From NCBI GenBank assembly GCA_031459935.1, contig JAVKHN010000006.1:14085-78084 (forward strand): DNA of 64,000 nucleotides, given 5' to 3'. Shown here in pieces: positions 58,167-64,000 of this stretch (its first letter is position 1; every line of letters begins with the position of its first letter). Source of the stretch: Candidatus Sysuimicrobium calidum. Its GTDB lineage: Bacteria; Sysuimicrobiota; Sysuimicrobiia; Sysuimicrobiales; Sysuimicrobiaceae. Under the pieces are notes generated by a model. The model ran no database searches. It saw only the letters and a list, made by a program, of their open reading frames with translations, and was not told where the DNA came from. The translations under genes and the position numbers were made by a program.

Positions 58167-59594
58167 ATGGGTACGCCGGTCCCCGGGGGAAGTCTGCAGG
58201 CGCTTCTGGATCGCGTGCCGAGCGTAGTGGATCACCTGTACCGGAATCCCAAGGGGGCGCTGCGATCCATCTTCCAGTTGTTCCCGCCCGCGGTCCTCCC
58301 CCCGGAGTTCACCAACTGGCGGGACGAGCAGCGGGCCCGTCGGGAGTCGGTGGCGCTGCTGGATCAGTCGTTTCACATGAGTAACCTCTCTCTGCGGGGC
58401 CCGGATGCCCTGCGGCTGCTGGAAAGCCTGGCCATCAACAGCTTCCGGGACTTCGGTCCGGGGCGTGCGAAGCAGTTCGTGGTGTGCTCCCCGGAGGGAT
58501 ACGTGATCGGGGACAACATCCTCTACGAGCTGCAGGAGGACGCCTTCGTCCTGGTCGGCTCCGAAGTTGTCCAGAACTGGGTGACGTACCACGCGGAGAC
58601 CGGCGGGAGCAGGGTTTCGGTGGAGCGAGACCCGGCGTGGTCTGTGAACCCCACCGGACGGCGGACCGAATACCGGTTCCAGGTGGAGGGGCCGAAGGCC
58701 TTTGCCCTGCTGGAGGTGGCCACCGGCGGGCCGCTGCCGGATGTGAGGTTCTTCCACTGGACGTGGCTCGTCATCGCGGGCCGGAAGGTGCGGGCATTGC
58801 GGCACAGCATGGCCGGAGTCCCGGGCATGGAGCTCTCGGGTCCCTGGGAGGACCGCGAGGCGGTGCGGACCGCCCTCGTGGAGGCCGGCAGGGGGTTCGG
58901 GCTCCGGGAGGTGGGCTCCTTTGCGTACCTGTCGAGCGGCGGGCTGGAGTCCGGATGGGTCCCAAACCCGCTCCCCGCCATCTACACCAGCCCCGAGATG
59001 CGCGCTTACCGGGAGTGGCTTCCTGCCTCAGGGCAGGAAGCTATGGGCTCCCTGGGCGGGAGCTTCTATTCCTCCCGCATCGAGGATTACTACCTGACCC
59101 CCTGGGAGCTGGGGTACGAGCACATCCTCAAGTTCGATCACGACTTCGTGGGACGGCAGGCCCTGCTGGCGCGGGCGCAGAACCGGCACCGGAGGAAAGT
59201 GACCCTCGTCTGGCACCCGGAGGACACCGCTCGGGCTTTTGGCTCTCTTTTGCGTCCGGGGCCGATGGCGAAGTACATGGATATCCCCTGGCTGCACTAT
59301 GCCACCTGGCAATACGACAAGGTCCTGAGCCAGAGAGGTGAGCCGGTGGGGATTGCCCTTTATGCCGGCTATACGTCCAACGAGCGCGCCGTGGTGGCCC
59401 TGGCAGTGGTGGACGAAGAGCACAGCCGGCCTGGAACGGAGGTGGTCCTCGTGTGGGGCGAGGACGGGGGAGGCACCCGCAGCGGCCCGTGGGTGGAGCC
59501 ACACGCCCCCGTGGAGATCCGGGCCACGGTGGCCCCGGTTCCCATCAGCCGGGCCGCCCGGGAGTACCGGGCTGCCATGCGGTCCGGACGCTAG
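58167..59594 (+). CDS. aminomethyltransferase (GcvT)-fold protein, LigM-like tetrahydrofolate-dependent O-demethylase family
   Basis: The ATG at 58167 follows GGAGGGGGAAG. PEFTNWRDEQRARRESVALLDQSFHM, LESGWVPNPLPAIYTSPEMRAYREWLPA and GGSFYSSRIEDYYLTPWELGYEHILKFDHDFVGRQAL closely resemble vanillate/3-O-methylgallate demethylase blocks as I recall them. Confidence 0.6.
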   Translation: MGTPVPGGSLQALLDRVPSVVDHLYRNPKGALRSIFQLFPPAVLPPEFTNWRDEQRARRESVALLDQSFHMSNLSLRGPDALRLLESLAINSFRDFGPGRAKQFVVCSPEGYVIGDNILYELQEDAFVLVGSEVVQNWVTYHAETGGSRVSVERDPAWSVNPTGRRTEYRFQVEGPKAFALLEVATGGPLPDVRFFHWTWLVIAGRKVRALRHSMAGVPGMELSGPWEDREAVRTALVEAGRGFGLREVGSFAYLSSGGLESGWVPNPLPAIYTSPEMRAYREWLPASGQEAMGSLGGSFYSSRIEDYYLTPWELGYEHILKFDHDFVGRQALLARAQNRHRRKVTLVWHPEDTARAFGSLLRPGPMAKYMDIPWLHYATWQYDKVLSQRGEPVGIALYAGYTSNERAVVALAVVDEEHSRPGTEVVLVWGEDGGGTRSGPWVEPHAPVEIRATVAPVPISRAAREYRAAMRSGR

Positions 59595-59603
59595 CGGGAC
59601 CCC

Positions 59604-59633
59604 TTTACGGCTCCTCCCGCCCGATGCTAGAAT
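59604..59633 (+). promoter_or_regulatory. promoter for rpsU with an extended -10
   Basis: TTTACG (59604-59609), 18-nt spacer ending in TGc, TAGAAT (59628-59633). Confidence 0.5.
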
Positions 59634-59686
59634 GGGCCGTCGGCGAGAGCGCCCCAGGAGTCCGGTTCCCGGAAGGAGGTGTGAGG

Positions 59687-59872
59687 TTGGCCACGGTTCG
59701 CGTGGGGAAGGATGAGTCCCTGGACAGCGCCCTCAAGCGGTTTCGCCGGGAGGTGCAGCGGTCGGGCATCCTCGTGGAGGCCAAGCGGCACGAGCACTAC
59801 GAGAAGCCCAGTGACCGACGGCGCCGCAAGCTCGCTAAGCGGGCCCGCAAGCAGAAGGCGAAGTCCAGGTAG
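59687..59872 (+). CDS. rpsU: 30S ribosomal protein S21
   Basis: The TTG start lies 7 nt after GGAGG. (M)ATVRVGKDESLDSALKRFRREVQRSGILVEAKRHEHYEKPSDRRRRK. 61 aa. Confidence 0.88.
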   Translation: MATVRVGKDESLDSALKRFRREVQRSGILVEAKRHEHYEKPSDRRRRKLAKRARKQKAKSR

Positions 59873-59896
59873 CTCGCTTTCCCGATCGCACGGCTT

Positions 59897-59931
59897 CCGG
59901 GCTCCGAACTTGTTCGGGGCCCGGTTTTTTT
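59897..59931 (+). terminator. rho-independent terminator after rpsU
   Basis: CCGGGCUCCGAAC-UU-GUUCGGGGCCCGG stem (one U-G pair) followed by UUUUUUU. Confidence 0.8.
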
Positions 59932-59935
59932 GACC

Positions 59936-60388
59936 ATGACGTTGGCAGAGCGGCTGGGAGAGGATCTCAAGCAGGCCCTCAAGGCCAGGGACACCGTTCG
60001 GGTCTCCACCCTGAGGCTTGCCCGGGCCGCGCTCCACAACGCGGAGATCCAGCGGGGTCGCACCCTCACGGACGAGGAGGCCCAGGAGGTCCTGCGGCTC
60101 GAGGCCCGGCGCCGGAGAGAGGCCATCGAGGCCTTCCGCCGGGCCGGGCGGGAGGAGCTGGCCCATCGGGAGGAGCTGGAGCTCGCGGTGCTCCTGGAGT
60201 ACCTCCCGAGACCTCTCTCCGAAGAGGAGCTCCGGAGGATCGTGCACGAGACGATCCGCAGACTCGGGGCCCATACGGGACGGGATGTGGGCCGGGTGGT
60301 GGGAGCGGTGATGCGGGAGGTCCGGGGCAGGGCGGAGGGTCGGGACGTGGAGCGCCTGGTGCGGGAAGTCCTGGGCTCCGGGCCGTAG
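59936..60388 (+). CDS. yqeY: GatB/YqeY domain protein
   Basis: LKQALKARDTVRVSTLRLARAALHNAEI and LLEYLPRPLSEEELRRIV are typical of YqeY. About 150 aa. Confidence 0.85.
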   Translation: MTLAERLGEDLKQALKARDTVRVSTLRLARAALHNAEIQRGRTLTDEEAQEVLRLEARRRREAIEAFRRAGREELAHREELELAVLLEYLPRPLSEEELRRIVHETIRRLGAHTGRDVGRVVGAVMREVRGRAEGRDVERLVREVLGSGP

Positions 60389-60394
60389 CTGAGG

Positions 60395-60880
60395 ATGACC
60401 AGGAAGCGCCCGCGGCGGTCTGTCCCCAGAGCGCGGAGCTGGAAGCGGGTGGTGAGCGCGGGCGGTGTGGTGTTCCGTCCGAGCCCCGCCGGCCCAGAGG
60501 TCCTGTTGCTGCTCCACCGCAGCGGTAGGTGGATGCTCCCCAAGGGGACTGTGGAGGCAGGGGAGACCGAGGAGGAGGTGGCCCGCCGGGAGGTGGGGGA
60601 AGAAGCAGGAGTGCACAACCTCCGGCTGGTGGCGGACCTCGGCGAGGAGCGCTACCGGTTCTACTGGCCCCCGGAGAAGGCCTTCTACGACAAGACCGTG
60701 CGCTACTACCTCCTGGAGTGGCTGGGCGGAGAGGAGCCCCGTCCGCAGGCGGAGGAGGGGTTCGTGGAGGCCCGGTGGGTGCCGCTGGACGAGGCGGTGG
60801 GGTGGGTGCGGTACAAGGAGACGCGTGAGATCCTGCTCCGAGCCCGGGACGTCCTGAGAGCACAGGAGGCGGGGACGTGA
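60395..60880 (+). CDS. NUDIX hydrolase
   Basis: Nudix box LPKGTVEAGETEEEVARREVGEEAGV. 161 aa. Confidence 0.85.
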   Translation: MTRKRPRRSVPRARSWKRVVSAGGVVFRPSPAGPEVLLLLHRSGRWMLPKGTVEAGETEEEVARREVGEEAGVHNLRLVADLGEERYRFYWPPEKAFYDKTVRYYLLEWLGGEEPRPQAEEGFVEARWVPLDEAVGWVRYKETREILLRARDVLRAQEAGT

Positions 60881-62157
60881 GAGACCCTGTGGCTGGGATC
60901 ACGGAGCTGGTGGAGGATACCTACCGGAAGTACACGGAGTACGTGAACCCGGGCCTCGTGAAGCTGTGGCGGTTCGCGGGGATCGAGACCGTGGAGTGGG
61001 AGGCCGAGGGCGTGGTGGTGCGGGACGTCCACGGCCGGGAGTACCTGGACTTCTCCGGCGGTCCCGCGGTCTTCGTCCTGGGCCACCGGCATCCCCGGGT
61101 GGTCCGGGCCGTGATCGAGCAGATCCAGCGCATGCCCATGTCCGTACGGGCCCTGCCCCGCCGGCCGGAGGCGGAACTCGCGGCCCTGCTGGCCCGGATC
61201 ACGCCCGGCGACCTGCGCTATGCCTTCTTCTGCAACAGCGGGGCCGAGGCGGTGGAAGGGGCCATCAAGCTGGCCCGGGCGGCCACCGGGAAACCCGGAG
61301 TCATCGCCACGGAGGGGGCCTTCCACGGAAAGACCCTGGGAGCCCTTTCGGCCACAGGTCGGGACAAGTACCGCAGACCCTTTGAGCCCCTCGTACCCGG
61401 GTTCCGGCACATCCCCTTCGGGGATCCCGAAGCCCTGGAGGAGGCCATCGATGCGGACACCGCGGCCTTCCTGGTGGAGCCCATCCAGGCGGAGGGCGGG
61501 GTGCGGATCCCGCCGGACGATTATCTCGGCCGGGTGCGGGAGATCTGCGACCGGAGAGGGATCCTCCTCATTGTGGACGAGGTGCAGACGGGCATGGGAC
61601 GGACGGGCCGGATGTTCGCGTGCGAGCACGGGGGCATCACCCCGGACATCCTCACCCTGGCCAAGGGGCTCGGCGGCGGGGTGATGCCCATCGGGGCCTT
61701 CGTGGCCCGCCCGCACCTCTGGGAGGTCTTCGCCTCCGATCCCTACCTGCACTCCTCCACCTTCGGCGGGAACCCCGCGGCGTGCGCGGCCGCTATCGCC
61801 ACCATCCAGACCCTGCTGGAGGAGCGGCTTCCGGAGCGCGCCGCGGAGCTCGGCGCGTTCCTGCTCGACGGCCTGCGCTCCCTGGCCGTCCGCTATCCGG
61901 ACCTCGTGCGGGAGGTGCGCGGGAAGGGCCTGCTGATCGGCCTGGAGTTCGTGGATCCGGACGTGGCGCTGTTGTGCGCCGCGGAGGCCCTGCAGCGCGG
62001 GGTGATCTTTTACTTCGCCCTGAACCGACCTGAGGTGATCCGCATCGCTCCGCCCCTGGTGATCACCCGGGAGCAAATCGAGACCGCCCTAAAGCGGGTG
62101 GATGCGGCCCTCGGGGCCGCCCGGGAGATGCTGGAGAGCCTCCGGTCCGCCGGATGA
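60877..62157 (+). CDS. class-III PLP-dependent aminotransferase (acetylornithine/putrescine/GABA aminotransferase-like)
   Basis: GTGA overlap with the NUDIX gene. FCNSGAEAVEGAIKLAR, LIVDEVQTGMGRTGRMFA and TLAKGLGGGVMPIGA (PLP Lys) motifs. Confidence 0.85.
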   Translation: MRDPVAGITELVEDTYRKYTEYVNPGLVKLWRFAGIETVEWEAEGVVVRDVHGREYLDFSGGPAVFVLGHRHPRVVRAVIEQIQRMPMSVRALPRRPEAELAALLARITPGDLRYAFFCNSGAEAVEGAIKLARAATGKPGVIATEGAFHGKTLGALSATGRDKYRRPFEPLVPGFRHIPFGDPEALEEAIDADTAAFLVEPIQAEGGVRIPPDDYLGRVREICDRRGILLIVDEVQTGMGRTGRMFACEHGGITPDILTLAKGLGGGVMPIGAFVARPHLWEVFASDPYLHSSTFGGNPAACAAAIATIQTLLEERLPERAAELGAFLLDGLRSLAVRYPDLVREVRGKGLLIGLEFVDPDVALLCAAEALQRGVIFYFALNRPEVIRIAPPLVITREQIETALKRVDAALGAAREMLESLRSAG

Positions 62158-63293
62158 TCCCGCGGGAGGAGTACAGGGAGCGACAGGAGCGGGCCCGGGC
62201 CGGCATGCGGAGTCTGGGGCTGCGGGCCCTGGTGGTGGTCTCCGGCCCCTTTTACGAACGGCCCGGGGACGTGGCCTACCTCTGCGGTCACCTCCCGCCC
62301 TTCCCCACCTCCGAAAGCGAGCCCCCCTTCTCCGGGATCGGATACGCGGCCGCGGTGCTGGACGGACAGGAGGTGGTGCTTCTCGTGGACACGCCCCGCT
62401 ACCGGGCCGACCGCGTGGTGGCGGATGCGGTGCGGGTGAGCCCGGATCTCTGGGGGACGCTGGAGGAGATCCTCCGGGAGCGGGCCGTGCGGGAGGTCGG
62501 GGTCGCGGGCACGGACGTGGCCCCCGTGGAGATGGTCCTGAGGCTGCAGCGGGCCGGATTCTCCACGATCCCCGCGGACGGCGTTCTGCGGTCCCTGCGT
62601 CGGCGCAAGAGCGCTGCGGAGGTGGAGCTGCTGCGGCGGGCTGCGGCGAGCGCCCGGGAGGGCCTGCTGGCCGCGGCCGCGGCATGCGCGGTGGGAGCAT
62701 CGGAGCAGGAGGTCTGCGCCGCGGGCATGGCCGCAGCACTCCGGGCCGGTGCGGACTTCGTACGCTACCTCCGCGTGCACTCCGGACCGTGGAGCGCGTG
62801 GACCACCCGCTGGCCGCCCGCCACGGACCGCAGGCTCATGAAAAGCGACCTGGTGCTCCTGGATCTCGTGGGCGCCCGGGAGGGCTATGCGTTCGATGTC
62901 CTGCGCACGACCCTGGTGGGCTTTGACCTGCTTCCCTGGCAGCGGGATCTGCTGGAGGCCACCCGGCGGGCGCTCGCCCGGGCGCTGGCGACCATCCGGC
63001 CCGGTGTGCGGGTGCACGAGGTGGTCGCCGCGGCCCTCCGCACCTACGAGGAGGCCGGTCTCGCCGAGTACGCTTCGACCTTCGTGGGCCATGGCATCGG
63101 GCTGGAGACTGTGGAAGCTCCGTACCTGTGGCCCGGAAGCGAGGTGCGGCTGGAAGAGGGGATGGTGCTGTGCGTCGAGCCCGCCGTCTCCCTCCCGGAC
63201 CGGGGCGGGGCATCCATCGAGGAGGAGGTGGTGGTGACCCCCGAGGGGTGCGAGGTGCTCACGAGCGGCATCCCGCGTCGCCTGTGGGAGTGA
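62154..63293 (+). CDS. M24-family peptidase (Xaa-Pro aminopeptidase / creatinase fold)
   Basis: ATGA overlap with the aminotransferase. N-terminal creatinase-like domain and a pita-bread domain with LVLLDLVGAREGYAFDVLRT, FVGHGIGLETVEAP, MVLCVEPAV, ASIEEEVVVT. Confidence 0.8.
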   Translation: MIPREEYRERQERARAGMRSLGLRALVVVSGPFYERPGDVAYLCGHLPPFPTSESEPPFSGIGYAAAVLDGQEVVLLVDTPRYRADRVVADAVRVSPDLWGTLEEILRERAVREVGVAGTDVAPVEMVLRLQRAGFSTIPADGVLRSLRRRKSAAEVELLRRAAASAREGLLAAAAACAVGASEQEVCAAGMAAALRAGADFVRYLRVHSGPWSAWTTRWPPATDRRLMKSDLVLLDLVGAREGYAFDVLRTTLVGFDLLPWQRDLLEATRRALARALATIRPGVRVHEVVAAALRTYEEAGLAEYASTFVGHGIGLETVEAPYLWPGSEVRLEEGMVLCVEPAVSLPDRGGASIEEEVVVTPEGCEVLTSGIPRRLWE

Positions 63294-63812
63294 TTACCGG
63301 GAGGGCAGGAGGGGAGGTATCCAGAAGTCGTCCTGCGAGCCCTCTCGGAGGGCAAGCTGTGCCTCCTGATCCGTCTTCAGCAGGAACGCCCGCTCCAGCT
63401 CATCAAGCCCCTGGATGTCCTGATAGATCTCGAAGGCTTCTTCCGAGACCAGGGTCCGCAGCTGCGCTTCCAGGCGCAGCTTACTCAGGAAGAACTGCTC
63501 CAGGTGGATGCGTCGGTAGAGCCATACGTGGTGCTGGAGGATCTGCGCCAGCTTCTGCTCCTGAGCGAACAGGAGATCCCGGCGGTCCAGCAGGTCCACG
63601 GCCCGCCGATAGGAGCGCTGGAGGTCGATCAGCAGGTCCCGCAGGTCCTGGAGCAGTTCTTCTGGGGTCCTGTCTCCCCGCGCGGCCTGTCGGACCGTGC
63701 GGAGCAGGCGTCCTTCCATCAGACGCAGACCGTGCACCACCTCCGCAAGGGTACGGGTGATGCCGGGATTCAGAGGACGCTGGAGCTTGGTCACGCGTCT
63801 TGGCGCGTTCAT
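63294..63812 (-). CDS. hypothetical all-helical protein (no family recognised)
   Basis: 172-aa ORF with a GGAGGAG Shine-Dalgarno 6 nt upstream of the ATG. Charged, Leu/Arg/Gln/Glu-rich heptad-like sequence with codon bias consistent with coding. I recognise no motif. Confidence 0.5.
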   Translation of the reverse strand: MNAPRRVTKLQRPLNPGITRTLAEVVHGLRLMEGRLLRTVRQAARGDRTPEELLQDLRDLLIDLQRSYRRAVDLLDRRDLLFAQEQKLAQILQHHVWLYRRIHLEQFFLSKLRLEAQLRTLVSEEAFEIYQDIQGLDELERAFLLKTDQEAQLALREGSQDDFWIPPLLPSR

Positions 63813-64000
63813 AGACTCTCCTCCCGCGCTCCTCTCGGGCCGTCTCCGCCTCTGTTATTCGGAAAAGCCCGGCTCAGATCCCTCGGGCTCCGCCCAGGGA
63901 GCTGCCCGGCTGCTCCTCCTGAGCTCGCCGCGGCCCGTTGCTCCCCACGTGTTCTGTCCGAGCCGAGTTCAGAGCCACTCCGACTCCACCCAGGATCGCT

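Overview
High-GC (roughly two-thirds G+C by eye) bacterial chromosomal segment, densely packed and dominated by core energy metabolism. Left to right: a PduO-type corrinoid adenosyltransferase; an ArsR-MFS pair; a TCA supercluster (FadR-type regulator-sdhCDAB divergent from icd-mdh-sucCD); rapZ-yvcK; a nuo operon encoding only the seven membrane-arm subunits (nuoAHJKLMN); a complete Thermus-order A/V-type ATPase operon; DUF881-sbp-gap-pgk-tpiA-secG; tRNA-Leu; a sucA-sucB (2-oxoglutarate dehydrogenase) pair carrying two independent reading-frame lesions, directly followed by intact korAB; a T-box leader in front of metG; tatD and an M48 protease; a histidine kinase / receiver / receiver-PAS-GAF-HD-GYP operon; tRNA-Arg; then a more accessory stretch (CDGSH protein, MFS, two tandem orphan solute-binding proteins, a PF12831-like flavoprotein, a c-di-GMP-I riboswitch-like leader in front of a secreted FG-GAP/ASPIC protein, and a LigM-like folate-dependent demethylase); then rpsU, yqeY, a NUDIX hydrolase, a class-III aminotransferase and an M24 peptidase. 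I saw no CRISPR array, transposase, integrase, prophage or recognisable defence island, and no clear multi-gene system of unknown function. The best second-look items are the GEMM-I-like riboswitch and its possible link to the nearby HD-GYP operon, the apparently decaying OGDH operon next to KOR, the peripheral-arm-less nuo operon, and a metG T-box with no AUG specifier in the expected place. The many long antisense and alternate-frame ORFs in the track are high-GC artefacts. All calls rest on reading the sequence and on remembered family motifs; no searches were run.
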